Positions 16,762 through 26,656 of a DNA stretch of 64,000 nucleotides are shown here, in pieces. How positions within the stretch are numbered: the first letter of the stretch is position 1; each line of letters starts with the position of its first letter. The notes under the pieces were generated by a model. That model was given only the letters and a program-made list of their open reading frames with translations. It was not told the DNA's origin and ran no database searches. A program made the translations under genes and the position numbers. Where the stretch lies: the IMG/VR virus record IMGVR_UViG_2795385619_000008, positions 14,166 through 78,165 of that record; one strand, written 5' to 3'. The stretch is from a virus. Lineage: Duplodnaviria > Heunggongvirae > Uroviricota > Caudoviricetes.

Positions 16762-18348
16762 ATGGCGCTGGGGCTGTCGACATTCTCCACTGTCGGCTCG
16801 TACAGCTACACCTTGCCTCCTGAGGCCAACCGCGTTGACGTCATCCTAATCGGTGGTGGTGGCGGTGGTGGTGGAGGCGACGGTGGCCTCGGTTCAACCG
16901 GTGAGGGTGGCAAGAAGGCCACTTGGCAGGCCTATCAGCTTGTGCGGGTGGATGGCGGCTCCTGGGCAGCAGCCGCTGTCACGGGCGTAGTCGGTTCAGC
17001 TGGTACTGCAGGCCCCAAGGAGAACAACGGAGGGGCTGGGGGCAACTCCACAGCCACGTTCAACGGTTCCACAACCACCGCAGTTGGCGGTGCAGGGGGC
17101 GCTGGCGCGTACTCCGGTAACGGCAAGAACAAGCCCGGGGGGAGTCCTGGAGACACCACATACAACGGGCGCACCTATAGCGGGGGCGTAGGCGGCTCCA
17201 CCAACAACGCTGGTACTGATCCAGGCGCTGGTGGTGGACCCGGCTCGGGTGGCGCGTTCGGCATGGCCAATGCTGGCAAGGCTGGTGGCGCAGGCCGCGT
17301 GTGGTTCTATGCCTGGTACGAGCCTGTTGCCTACACAGCTGCTGCGAGCTTGGGTGTAGCCGCAGCTCCTTCGGCTGGGCTCTCTGGTGTATTCACGGCT
17401 GCTGGAGTTCTTCCAGTCGTTGCGACGCCGACTGTGGCTCTATCGCGCGGGCAGTCAATGGGGGCAAATCTTTCTGCGACAGCCACGCCTTCCGGCGCTG
17501 ATCGATATGACGCCAAGGCTCAGGCGAACCTGTTCCTTGGCGTCACACCAATTGGTGCGATCGTCAAAGTTCTGAACGCGGCGTCGACGCTCGCTTTGAC
17601 GGCATCTACCTCAGCGGCTGCCACTGAATTCGGGGTGGGCGATGTCAGTCTCACCCTCGCGGCCTCGATGCTAGCTGGGGCGAACGTAGATCTCGGCGTG
17701 GCAGGCACTCTGGATCTGGCAGCCGAACTTACTGCGGCACTGTCACGTGGTCAGGCCATCGGGGGAGTGCTTGGCGTTACGACCCAGACTCAGGGTGGAC
17801 TCAAGTACGAAGGAAGCCTGGCCGCGAACCTCGTGGCAATGGCATTCCTTACCGCAGAGGCACAGAGGACTGTTAGGGCAGACGCCGTGCTGGCAGTCGC
17901 CGCAGATGGTCCATCAGATGCCACTGGTGGAAATGTCGCTGATACCAGTCTTGACGCAGTAGCCGCGATGACTGCCGCAGCTCAAGTCAACTACGCGGCA
18001 GCGGCGAGCCTGGCTGTTGAGGTACTGAGCGCCGGAATGGTGGGGGCCGAGTTCTCCGCTGACACCGAGCTTGTGGTCAACGCATCTATGTGGGCCTGGT
18101 TCGGATCCGTCCGCGAGATTATCTACGTCGATCCCGTGGACCGTTCGGCGAGTGTCATTGAAAATGAACGCGATATCGCGGTGATTGAAAGCGAACGCAG
18201 CGCAACTGTGGATGTAACTGAGCGGGAGATGGACATCGCCTCAGTTGAGCGAATGGGTGCCGTTTCCGGCGAGAGTCGCGCTCTCTCCATTGATGAGACG
18301 ACACGTGGTGTGGATGTCCCCGGGCTCGATACCACCACATCTGTATAG
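16762..18348 (+). CDS. Glycine-rich minor tail protein.
   Basis: Gly-rich N-terminal region (GGGGGGGGDGGLG...), 528 aa. Confidence 0.6.
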   Translation: MALGLSTFSTVGSYSYTLPPEANRVDVILIGGGGGGGGGDGGLGSTGEGGKKATWQAYQLVRVDGGSWAAAAVTGVVGSAGTAGPKENNGGAGGNSTATFNGSTTTAVGGAGGAGAYSGNGKNKPGGSPGDTTYNGRTYSGGVGGSTNNAGTDPGAGGGPGSGGAFGMANAGKAGGAGRVWFYAWYEPVAYTAAASLGVAAAPSAGLSGVFTAAGVLPVVATPTVALSRGQSMGANLSATATPSGADRYDAKAQANLFLGVTPIGAIVKVLNAASTLALTASTSAAATEFGVGDVSLTLAASMLAGANVDLGVAGTLDLAAELTAALSRGQAIGGVLGVTTQTQGGLKYEGSLAANLVAMAFLTAEAQRTVRADAVLAVAADGPSDATGGNVADTSLDAVAAMTAAAQVNYAAAASLAVEVLSAGMVGAEFSADTELVVNASMWAWFGSVREIIYVDPVDRSASVIENERDIAVIESERSATVDVTEREMDIASVERMGAVSGESRALSIDETTRGVDVPGLDTTTSV

Positions 18349-18493
18349 GAAAACCTTTGACTGACAATAGGACTCCGGAGATTCGCGTCTCAGCGGACCG
18401 GCTTTCCGTTGCGATTCAGCGCGCGGACGGAAGGTGGGCAGTGATGCACTCAGCAGAGGGTGGTCACTATGCCGCCGATGCTGAGGTCGCTGA

Positions 18494-18850
18494 TTGGGCC
18501 GTGTTGTGAGCCTTGTGGACGAACTCATTGATCTTGACGCTGAAACTGTTGTTTCTCTCTTTGGGGCGTTGGCAGCCGGTGGCGTACTAAGCAAGGCTAT
18601 TGAGTTCGTAACTGGTCGGCGCAAGCGCAAGGTCGATGAGGCGCAGGTGCTTTCGGCTATCTCAACGGCGATCCGTGAGGAAGTCCGAAAGGAAAACGCA
18701 GAACTACGGGATCGCCTAGATCAACTATTGGGCGCTGTGACCGGGCTGACGGACATCCTTGATGACCTCTTCCCGAAGATCACGGGCCTTGATGAGGCAG
18801 AGCGTATCGCCTTGCGGCGCAAGCTGAATCTCGCGAAGCGCGTCTCCTGA
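18494..18850 (+). CDS. Hypothetical protein.
   Basis: ORF. Confidence 0.4.
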   Translation: MGRVVSLVDELIDLDAETVVSLFGALAAGGVLSKAIEFVTGRRKRKVDEAQVLSAISTAIREEVRKENAELRDRLDQLLGAVTGLTDILDDLFPKITGLDEAERIALRRKLNLAKRVS

Positions 18851-18872
18851 TACACTGAAAGAGAGAGTTCTG

Positions 18873-19874
18873 ATGGCGATTTGGACGCCTTCGACTCGGG
18901 TTCTCAGCAACCAGCCTCTTGAGCTGAATCGCGACAATCCGCTCCACTACTCGTACACACTGAGTGGCGGTAAGAAGTTCCCCTCGGGTACCACTGCGTT
19001 CCTGACGATCAAGAACACGTATAGCCAGACCCTGGGAACGTATGAGGGCGTCGTCGCGGGCGGAACTGTGACATTCCTTGAAACCAAGTCGATTGCGAAC
19101 GCTTTGCCCCGTGGCGCCTCGTGGACACTGCATGTTCAGACACCAGACTTGGATGAGGCAAGGCTCGAGCTCCAGGGCACCGTGATCCGCAGCGAAGCAC
19201 CTTTCCCTGACGCGCCTCCGCATTCGGGCGAGTTCGATGGCGTGCAGTACCGATACAGCTTCGGCACTCCTGGATTCGTGGTGGATCCTGCGTGGGCCAT
19301 CATGAATGGCAAGCCTCGCGTCTACGACAACTCTAGCCGCAGCCTTCCTAATGCGGTTGCTGCCGCGTCTATCACTGATGGTGCTGGCGGTGGACCAACC
19401 CTGTTCGATGACGTTGCAATGCTGTATTTCGCGCCGTTGAAGACTGACGCAATTCGACTCACGTACAACACTATTCGATTTGGTTCCGGGTCAGCTTGGA
19501 TTGCGATCTGCTCGAACTACGACATGACCAACTTTGCCGCTATCCGGCACAGGGGTGTGTTCCTCTCCGGTCTTTGGGACCACGACACCGTTGAGGTCGT
19601 GACCGGCTCAGGTCCGGTGACCCTCCAGTCACGGACCACTCCAGTGAATCACTCGACGGCGACTAACCAGAACTACACCGCCGAGTACAACCCGCTCACC
19701 AACACTTACTCGCTGTACTTGGGGACCTCCCTGACGCCAATCGTCAGCTGGACGGACACTACGCAGCTCGTGAATCACGGTGAAGGAGAGCGCTATTTCG
19801 GCCTCGGCTTCAAGTCAGACCTGCTGACTCCAGGGGTTGAGATCTCCGACATCATCATCGCCGACACTCCCTAA
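18873..19874 (+). CDS. Minor tail protein.
   Basis: 333-aa ORF before the lysis cassette. Confidence 0.5.
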   Translation: MAIWTPSTRVLSNQPLELNRDNPLHYSYTLSGGKKFPSGTTAFLTIKNTYSQTLGTYEGVVAGGTVTFLETKSIANALPRGASWTLHVQTPDLDEARLELQGTVIRSEAPFPDAPPHSGEFDGVQYRYSFGTPGFVVDPAWAIMNGKPRVYDNSSRSLPNAVAAASITDGAGGGPTLFDDVAMLYFAPLKTDAIRLTYNTIRFGSGSAWIAICSNYDMTNFAAIRHRGVFLSGLWDHDTVEVVTGSGPVTLQSRTTPVNHSTATNQNYTAEYNPLTNTYSLYLGTSLTPIVSWTDTTQLVNHGEGERYFGLGFKSDLLTPGVEISDIIIADTP

Positions 19875-19881
19875 GGGATTC

Positions 19882-21225
19882 ATGTACTACACCCAGGACG
19901 ACATCGGGCGGATCATCATCCGCTGCGGTCAGGATCTCGGCATCACTTCGCGTGGTATCCACATTGCATTGGCAACCGCGTGGGTGGAGTCGAAGTTCGT
20001 GATGTATGCGAACTCGAATTACCCAGAGTCCCTTGACAAGAAGTACAAGTATGACACGGTGGGATCGGACGGTATGTCCGTTAATGAATTTCAGCAGCAG
20101 AATTTTCCTGAGTGGGGTTCGCTCGATGATCGTATGGACCCTTACAAGGCTGCTGCCATGTTTTACGACCATCTGGCGCACCCTACGAAGTTTGGGCTTA
20201 AGGCGTTCGATTACAACGATTCTCGGCTTACCCCAGGCCAGTGCGCCCAAAAGGTACAGCGCTCCGCGTTCCCCGATCGTTATGACCAGGCAATGGGAGT
20301 GGCTGTTGAATACTTCAACAGGCTGACCACGGGGATTGTTCTGCCTCCCAGGTTCTTCGAAGAGACCAACATTATTGGGCAGTGGGCTCCAAATTGGCAG
20401 TCGCGCAACGGTCGCAAGCCGCGTCTCATCGTCCTCCACACCGAGGAAGGTAATGCACTCGGTATGGATCTGGTCAACTACATGGCTGGAGCGGGCGTCT
20501 CCTACCACTATGTGATCGATCCAGACGGAAAGACGTTGGATCTCGTTGATACCGATGATGCTTCATGGTCGGTGTTGGACGCCAATGGATACACGATCAA
20601 TCAGGTGTTCGCCGGTTCGTACGCCTCGATGAGCCGCATTGAGTGGCTTGATAAGTACGACAAGGCAATCCGGGTGTCCGCTTACCTAGCGGTACAGGAC
20701 TGCGTGAAGTACGGAATTCCCGTTCAGTTGTTGGTGGGGAACAAGTATTCCCAGCTGCCGACCACTGACGGAATCACTGACCACAACGGCATCACGGTCG
20801 GCCTGGGGATCGGAAACCACACCGACGTCGGGCCCAACTTTCCTTGGGACGTCTTTAACAACTACCTACTCGAATTCTCAGCCCAGGCTGGAGAGGATGA
20901 CATGTTCACTGACGACGATCGGCTGAAGCTGAACCGCGTCTACTACGAGCTGACCAACCGCTGGGAGTCACGCTCGATCTATCGCACCCCGGGTGAGGGG
21001 CCTGTCGACACTCTTGCCGGAATGCTTCTGAATGACGACGGCATGGAGCACGCCGAGCTCATTGAGCGTCTCGCCGTTCTGGGTGATGAGGACTCATTGC
21101 AGCGCGTAATCCGCACTGCTGCAGGCGAAGGTGCTGTCACCGACAAGGGAAATGTTGCGCGGGCGAAGAGGGTGCTTGCGACTGTTCCTAAGGAAATTCT
21201 CGAGGCCTACAAGGAGACCCAGTGA
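19882..21225 (+). CDS. lysA: Lysin A, with an N-acetylmuramoyl-L-alanine amidase (PGRP/Amidase_2) domain.
   Basis: Amidase_2-like segment (HTEEGNALGMDLVNYMAGAGVSYHYVID). Ribosome-binding site AAGGGA before the ATG at 19882. Confidence 0.75.
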   Translation: MYYTQDDIGRIIIRCGQDLGITSRGIHIALATAWVESKFVMYANSNYPESLDKKYKYDTVGSDGMSVNEFQQQNFPEWGSLDDRMDPYKAAAMFYDHLAHPTKFGLKAFDYNDSRLTPGQCAQKVQRSAFPDRYDQAMGVAVEYFNRLTTGIVLPPRFFEETNIIGQWAPNWQSRNGRKPRLIVLHTEEGNALGMDLVNYMAGAGVSYHYVIDPDGKTLDLVDTDDASWSVLDANGYTINQVFAGSYASMSRIEWLDKYDKAIRVSAYLAVQDCVKYGIPVQLLVGNKYSQLPTTDGITDHNGITVGLGIGNHTDVGPNFPWDVFNNYLLEFSAQAGEDDMFTDDDRLKLNRVYYELTNRWESRSIYRTPGEGPVDTLAGMLLNDDGMEHAELIERLAVLGDEDSLQRVIRTAAGEGAVTDKGNVARAKRVLATVPKEILEAYKETQ

Positions 21226-21431
21226 GCGCACTAGCGAAGTTCGTTGGCGAAGCGGTCGTTACCCCGATCGTTCGTGAGCTGAAACCGGTGATCGAGAAGA
21301 TCATCCGTGAGGAGATCGAGAAGGCGAAGACCGAGGCCTGGGAGATGTTGCCTGACTGCATCGAGAAGACCGTGGAGAACGCGGTAGAGCAGATCCTCGG
21401 TCCGATCGGGAAGCTGTTCGGAGGCAAGTGA
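21222..21431 (+). CDS. Hypothetical small protein.
   Basis: ORF between LysA and the holin-like gene. Confidence 0.4.
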   Translation: MSALAKFVGEAVVTPIVRELKPVIEKIIREEIEKAKTEAWEMLPDCIEKTVENAVEQILGPIGKLFGGK

Positions 21432-21742
21432 TGGACTACCTACGTCGCCTTCCTGAGATCTACAAGGCTCTCGTTGCCTTCCTTGGTGCACTCGCAGCCC
21501 AGGAGGGAACTGTTCTCGCCATCGCTGATGGCCTGCCACCGAATTGGGTTCATGGCCTGATGGTCGGATTCGCCAGTGTCACTGCGGTTTTGACCTTCCT
21601 GAAGAAGAACCGTGCAGCTGTTGAGTTGGTGGAGAAGATCCTTCGCGATGGCTCGACCGACCCCGTCCATGTTGAGGCAGTCGTGAAGGCCAACCCGGAG
21701 TTGGTCCAGGAACTGATCGACCAGTACCGCAGCTCTCACTAA
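21428..21742 (+). CDS. Holin-like membrane protein.
   Basis: Two predicted transmembrane segments. Position in the lysis cassette. Confidence 0.5.
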   Translation: MMDYLRRLPEIYKALVAFLGALAAQEGTVLAIADGLPPNWVHGLMVGFASVTAVLTFLKKNRAAVELVEKILRDGSTDPVHVEAVVKANPELVQELIDQYRSSH

Positions 21743-21807
21743 ACACCAACCACACAACGGGCTCGCCCATATCGGCGGGTCCGTTTGTTTCTCTGAAAGA
21801 AGTACCT

Positions 21808-22773
21808 ATGGCCTGGATTGGCTGGCAAGAGGGCATGGAAGGCCTCCCTGTCCTCGCAGCGATTGGCGAGCTACGTGCGAAGTTCTCGTACGGCAAGTCG
21901 CTCGAGCTGACGCAGAAGTTCACCCCCGAGTTGACGGCAGCGCTGAAGACCTTCCAGCAGAAGAAGGGTGGACTTCGTACGGATGGCGTGATGGATCACG
22001 CCACCCAGAAGGCGCTTGGCGTTCCTGAGGCATTGAAGCCGTGGTTGTTCACGGTGGCCGGTACAGGTGCTGGTTGGGATGCTGGCTTTCCGGCAGACCT
22101 GGCTCGAGCTGTTCTCGACCTGTTCCGCTGGCAGGGAGTTAACTACCCGGCTGCTCCGTTCCCCATGGGCCCATCGGTGGATGCTGGTATCGCTGAGCTC
22201 CTATATCTGATGAAGCTGCGCCTGGACCGCTTCCCGGCTGCGAAGTTCGTCCTTGTCGGATACTCGCAGGGCGCCATTGTGACTTCGATGGTGTGGAAGC
22301 GATACATCAAGGGCACCGACCTCGAGGATCGCATCATCGGTGCTGTCACCTACGGCAACCCATGTCGCGAGGTGGGTGTGGCCAACGGCAACCTTGCTGC
22401 AGGCTGGCCGATTCCGGCTGGTCGCGGCATCGGTGATGACCGACTGGTCAACACCCCGGCTTGGTGGTACGACTACGCCCACGGTGCCAACACCCAGTGG
22501 GGCCGTGACATCTACACCGACACCCCGGACGACAAGACCGGCGAGATGATGACCGCCGTCTACCGCGTGGTGCAGGAACTAAAGAACGCCTTCATCGGCG
22601 CTGACTCGCTCCTTGAGCAAGTGGGTCAGATCATCCGTAATCCTCCAGTGGAGATCTTCGCAGCGTTCCGGGCGATTATCTATGGCGGACAGTTCATCGC
22701 GCAGTCGCCACCAACACTGCCTCATATCAACTACGACATCGGACCTGCGGTCGCGTACCTGCGGTCTCTGTAA
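21808..22773 (+). CDS. lysB: Lysin B (mycolylarabinogalactan esterase, cutinase-like).
   Basis: GYSQGA serine esterase motif, 321 aa. Confidence 0.8.
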   Translation: MAWIGWQEGMEGLPVLAAIGELRAKFSYGKSLELTQKFTPELTAALKTFQQKKGGLRTDGVMDHATQKALGVPEALKPWLFTVAGTGAGWDAGFPADLARAVLDLFRWQGVNYPAAPFPMGPSVDAGIAELLYLMKLRLDRFPAAKFVLVGYSQGAIVTSMVWKRYIKGTDLEDRIIGAVTYGNPCREVGVANGNLAAGWPIPAGRGIGDDRLVNTPAWWYDYAHGANTQWGRDIYTDTPDDKTGEMMTAVYRVVQELKNAFIGADSLLEQVGQIIRNPPVEIFAAFRAIIYGGQFIAQSPPTLPHINYDIGPAVAYLRSL

Positions 22774-22781
22774 GGAATCTC

Positions 22782-23033
22782 TTGACCATCACTGTCTTTT
22801 CTACCGGCCCGTCGTGCCACCGCTGCACCCTAGTGAAGAACCAACTGAAGAAGAACGAAATCCCGTTCGAGGAGATCCGTTTGGATGAGGATGCCACCTG
22901 GCATGAGCGCATCACATCTCACGGGTTCATGAACGCACCTGTGGTGTTGATCGATGATGACAATGTCTGGGAAGGGTTCGCATCCGATGAGCTGAAGGAG
23001 TTGATCGCGGACTACCGCGCAATTGCCGCATAG
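22782..23033 (+). CDS. nrdH: NrdH-like glutaredoxin.
   Basis: CHRC redox motif, 83 aa. Confidence 0.65.
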   Translation: MTITVFSTGPSCHRCTLVKNQLKKNEIPFEEIRLDEDATWHERITSHGFMNAPVVLIDDDNVWEGFASDELKELIADYRAIAA

Positions 23034-23063
23034 TCGCCCTCAGATCGCCGCAGACAAGAGAAA

Positions 23064-23100
23064 ACCCCGACTCCATAGTGGAGCCGGGGTTCTTTCGTTG
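23064..23100. terminator. Bidirectional rho-independent terminator between convergent genes.
   Basis: Hairpin CCCCGACTCC/GGAGCCGGGG followed by TTCTTTCGTT. Confidence 0.5.
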
Positions 23101-23109
23101 TGGAGGATC

Positions 23110-23778
23110 TCAGGGCTTTGCCAGCTCCTGCAGTTGCTTGATCCTCTTTACGACCTGGTCGGCGTTGAACTTGTTGTACAGACCTGAAAGGTCGGGTGGT
23201 TCAACCGATTGCGTGAACGTCAGTGTTGGCTGATCGACTGGAACCACATCCTCGTGCTGAACCAAGAACAGGACAGTGTCAGGTTTCAGGATCTGAATGG
23301 TATGGAGGTCGTCTGCTGACATGTCATATCCCTCACCGCGCGCACACTGCATCGCTCGGTAGTTCTGCAGCGTGATCTCACCACTGAGGGTGAAGCCACC
23401 GCCACCGTTGAGCGGGGTACGCCACTCAAACATGTTGTAACGCTGCGGCCTTGTGTTTCCATTGAATTCAAACGGATACGACCGATACCAGCGATTCTCC
23501 ACTCCACCGGATAAGCATGTGGTGTGGAAGTCGTAGCGGTGGTTGTGTGGGTTCACCACCTCGCTGGCGTTCTGAACGTCGCCTTCGAAGAAGTAGGCCT
23601 TCAGAGTGAGACCCTCTGAGCGATGAAGGCAGAGGTAGTCGAATCCCTTGACGTGGTAGTCCTTGTAGGAGTGTTCGAGCACGGATTCCATGTCGAGATC
23701 CCTGAGATCAGGGAGTGCGGTGGTCATAGCGGATACACCGTGACGAATTCCTGATTGGTGAGGAACTTGTGATTGCAT
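23110..23778 (-). CDS. Hypothetical protein.
   Basis: 222-aa ORF in the reverse island. Confidence 0.45.
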   Translation of the reverse strand: MQSQVPHQSGIRHGVSAMTTALPDLRDLDMESVLEHSYKDYHVKGFDYLCLHRSEGLTLKAYFFEGDVQNASEVVNPHNHRYDFHTTCLSGGVENRWYRSYPFEFNGNTRPQRYNMFEWRTPLNGGGGFTLSGEITLQNYRAMQCARGEGYDMSADDLHTIQILKPDTVLFLVQHEDVVPVDQPTLTFTQSVEPPDLSGLYNKFNADQVVKRIKQLQELAKP

Positions 23779-24008
23779 TCAGCGCAGATGATGTGTCCGA
23801 ACTTCTCTACCTTGCGCTTGTGTCGAGGGATATGCACCTCGATTGCCCGCTTCAAGTGCGCCTCGCACAGGAGGTAATTCGCGCAGGTGTGGCCTACCCA
23901 AAGTCCAGCGATCTTGCCTTGATGCTGGACCTCCTTGGCTGTGGATCCACATTCATCGAATGCTGACTCAACCAGCTGCGATACATCCGCCTCAGTCGTT
24001 GTTGTCAT
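23724..24008 (-). CDS. Hypothetical Cys-rich (zinc-finger-like) protein. The start is uncertain.
   Basis: Several Cys and His pairs. Internal Met start preferred. Confidence 0.4.
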   Translation of the reverse strand: MTTTTEADVSQLVESAFDECGSTAKEVQHQGKIAGLWVGHTCANYLLCEAHLKRAIEVHIPRHKRKVEKFGHIICAECNHKFLTNQEFVTVYPL

Positions 24009-24264
24009 CGCTGTCTCCGTAGTCACGCTGGAACTCGTCGTCAGTGAGTTTCTCGTAGTACCCGTTGGGGTGCTTGATGATCCAGTCACCCTCGTAGGCG
24101 CGAGCTACGTCCAACGTCCCCGGCATGGAGAGTTTGAAGAACGCGAAGGCTCCGCTAGCCTCCTTGACGTGGTGAGCGAATGGGATTGCATCCTGAACTC
24201 GCTTCCATGGCCGCGCCACCTGAATGGCCTCAACCTCGGTGGGGTTGTGGGTGTACGTCTTCAT
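23992..24264 (-). CDS. Hypothetical protein.
   Basis: ORF. Confidence 0.4.
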   Translation of the reverse strand: MKTYTHNPTEVEAIQVARPWKRVQDAIPFAHHVKEASGAFAFFKLSMPGTLDVARAYEGDWIIKHPNGYYEKLTDDEFQRDYGDSDDNND

Positions 24265-24623
24265 CAGGGAACCTCGACGACAGGGTCACCGCTACTGGGG
24301 TCATAGAAGTTGTCTTCGTCGAAGACGACAACATCGCCCGTATCGCCGATGACTAGATGGACGCCTGGCTTAAACTCCGCGAGTGCACCCTCAGCTGAGT
24401 GGATGCTCACTGCGTTCAGGCTGCCATCCTCGTTGAAAGTAATTCCCACGCCGCGCTTCTCGCCTACGCGCTCAGCCTCAATGGAGACGATGTGGGTTAC
24501 CGCGCCGAGGTTGTGTCCAGTGACCCGTGTGCCAACGGCGATGGGTGGGCCTGGCTTCGCGAGCTTCACCATTCCCTGAGTCTTGGAGAGAACTCCGATG
24601 CTGTCCTTGCGCTTGTTACTCAT
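24264..24623 (-). CDS. Hypothetical protein.
   Basis: ORF, overlap-coupled to its neighbour. Confidence 0.45.
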   Translation of the reverse strand: MSNKRKDSIGVLSKTQGMVKLAKPGPPIAVGTRVTGHNLGAVTHIVSIEAERVGEKRGVGITFNEDGSLNAVSIHSAEGALAEFKPGVHLVIGDTGDVVVFDEDNFYDPSSGDPVVEVP

Positions 24624-24641
24624 ATGCGTATCCCTTCGTGT

Positions 24642-25445
24642 TTAGAGTTGGCCGGTGCGTTTCCAGAAGCTGTAGTGCAGGCCAGTCAGAAAGTCATTCA
24701 GTTCGTCATGGTCGACGTGATCGGGGAGAATGGATCGCTCGATATTGACTTCGAGATTTTGGGTGTAAAGATCCAGCCAGTCCGTAACCCTCTTCAGGGG
24801 GTACCGGCCCCTTCGCACATCCCGTAGCCACTCCACCTCAAGTGGGCGCATAGGGATGACGATGTCATGGTCCCGCATTAGTTCCGTGCCCTGAATCGCC
24901 AGGCGTAGAGCGTGGTAGGCCATCTTCGTGTCGAAACCGAACTGCTCCACAAGCTCCCGGCGATTCTTGTGTGTCGAGACACCCTTTTCGCCGAGCATCC
25001 TGGCGCGCTGGGCTTTCAGATACCCGTGGAACCGCCATCCAGCGTCCTTCGAGAGGAACAGACTCCGGGCCCTCAAGAGTTGGGTACCCTCCAACGTCTG
25101 CTGGTAAATCTTTCCCTTCGGCGCGAACAGTGGGAGCAACACGGTTGGATTTCCCTGCGCTGCAAGGCGGGCCCACTTACTTAAGGCGTAGGTGGTGTGG
25201 TCCGTATCGCCGTGCTGACTGCGCACACCGTCAGGTATGCGTGTTCCGTCGACGTGCCAACGATCAGCGTACTGCTCGAATTTCTCAAGCCCCAGAACAC
25301 ATTCCGGTGGGGGAATGCATATACCCATCTCGTCATGGTCGTCGGTGCCCTCCATGGTCACACCGTGCAGACCGGATCCAACCTCGGTGAGGAGGATGAG
25401 GCCCTTTGACGCGATCTCCTTGTGGCGGGGGGAGTGGTGGCTCAC
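24642..25445 (-). CDS. Pol-beta superfamily nucleotidyltransferase.
   Basis: GS-x10-DxD motif (GSGLHGVTMEGTDDHDE). GTG start overlapping the TGA of the upstream gene. Confidence 0.55.
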   Translation of the reverse strand: MSHHSPRHKEIASKGLILLTEVGSGLHGVTMEGTDDHDEMGICIPPPECVLGLEKFEQYADRWHVDGTRIPDGVRSQHGDTDHTTYALSKWARLAAQGNPTVLLPLFAPKGKIYQQTLEGTQLLRARSLFLSKDAGWRFHGYLKAQRARMLGEKGVSTHKNRRELVEQFGFDTKMAYHALRLAIQGTELMRDHDIVIPMRPLEVEWLRDVRRGRYPLKRVTDWLDLYTQNLEVNIERSILPDHVDHDELNDFLTGLHYSFWKRTGQL

Positions 25446-25882
25446 TCGACCACCTCGGTGTAGGGGCCGATGTTGTTCATGTAGAACTCCGAAATGTAGT
25501 CGCCATCCAGTACAAGCGCGACGAAGGGAACGTCGGGATTGTACTGGACACACCAAGCGCCATTGACATAGCGGTATCTCCAGGCATAAGCCGTGTCCTC
25601 TTGCCAGGTGCTGCCATCCCGTGCTTCTTCGCAATCCAATGTCTGGAGCTCACGTGGTTTGACGGGAGCAGGAAACGCGCAGTCGTAGAGCTCGCCGTAC
25701 GCCTGCACTAGCTCCTCGGCCTTGCTTCGATTCCCGGAAAGGATGAAGCGGTGAACGTCGCCAATCGATATGGTCCACTCGTTCTGCCGTGCTGACGTGG
25801 CTACGGCAGAACACGGAATCGTGCCCGACTTGGCTTTGTACTCGATGGATGCTGAACGAGCGGGTGTGTAAGCAATTCCCAT
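25442..25882 (-). CDS. Hypothetical protein, the first gene of the reverse island.
   Basis: 146-aa ORF. Confidence 0.45.
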   Translation of the reverse strand: MGIAYTPARSASIEYKAKSGTIPCSAVATSARQNEWTISIGDVHRFILSGNRSKAEELVQAYGELYDCAFPAPVKPRELQTLDCEEARDGSTWQEDTAYAWRYRYVNGAWCVQYNPDVPFVALVLDGDYISEFYMNNIGPYTEVVE

Positions 25883-25908
25883 AGCTAAAGTGTTGCACCG
25901 CGTTTCGT

Positions 25909-25920
25909 GTTCATGTGGGT
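25909..25920 (+). promoter_or_regulatory. Copy of the conserved motif GTTCATGTGGGT.
   Basis: Exact 12-mer shared with eight other sites. Confidence 0.5.
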
Positions 25921-26170
25921 GGCTATCTCGCGCGCACGCGCTCTAGTACCGTTCCCGACTTACGTAACGACTTCCTCTATGTCAACTTGAGATGCGTTGA
26001 TTGCAAGGGTTATTCATTGCACCGAGAACCTTGCCCAAGTGGGGACGCTGCGGTCTGGAGGTTGATGCCCTTCGGGCAGCCACGCCTACCCGGCGTGGGC
26101 CTCCCTAGCGGGAGGTGCGTGCTCACTGCGTTCGCACTCTCCTTTTAGGGAGGCTACGACACGGTGGAGG

Positions 26171-26182
26171 GTTCATGTGGGT
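26171..26182 (+). promoter_or_regulatory. Copy of the conserved motif GGTTCATGTGGGTAG.
   Basis: Exact match. Confidence 0.5.
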
Positions 26183-26628
26183 AGACCGCCTTGACCTGCT
26201 GAAACACGTAGGAATTCTCAATCGGTAAGTCCAAGAATGGGGGATCAGTAGAATGGGATTCGAGGCTCAGGGAGGCCGAGCAAAGTAGTATCCCTTCCTG
26301 TCGACCTGAGTGCGCAGTCGCGCCGCCGAGGGAGTCGTGACCCTCGGCGCTCAAACCCACACGAACACAGTCGGGGAGTAGCTCCACGCTGGTTGCGTGA
26401 GTGAATCCGCAGCCAAGTTCCTGGAGAGTCGGAACGAAAACATCCTTGAGCTCTTTTTGCTTGATGAGGCAATTCGCGAGCGGCACAAGGAATCTGATAC
26501 TGACGCGGTGTTAACGCTGAAGATCCAGCGCACGCGCATATGCAAAGAGCTCCGAGGAATGGACGTTGAGCCATGGCCTCTTGATGTGGTGCGAGACAAC
26601 AGTTGGCTTGTTGGCCAGCAAACTGCAT

Positions 26629-26640
26629 CATGTGGGTAGT
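26629..26640 (+). promoter_or_regulatory. Variant motif TCATGTGGGTAG, 17 bp upstream of the ATG at 26657.
   Basis: 11 of 12 core match. Confidence 0.4.
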
Positions 26641-26656
26641 TGATAGAATTGCAGCT

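Noticed and set aside
25446-25634. An N-terminal 64-aa extension of the nucleotidyltransferase ORF (24642..25634).
   Set aside because: The extension overlaps the upstream gene out of frame and is Arg-rich junk. A GTG start at 25445 overlapping the upstream TGA gives a clean NTase N-terminus.
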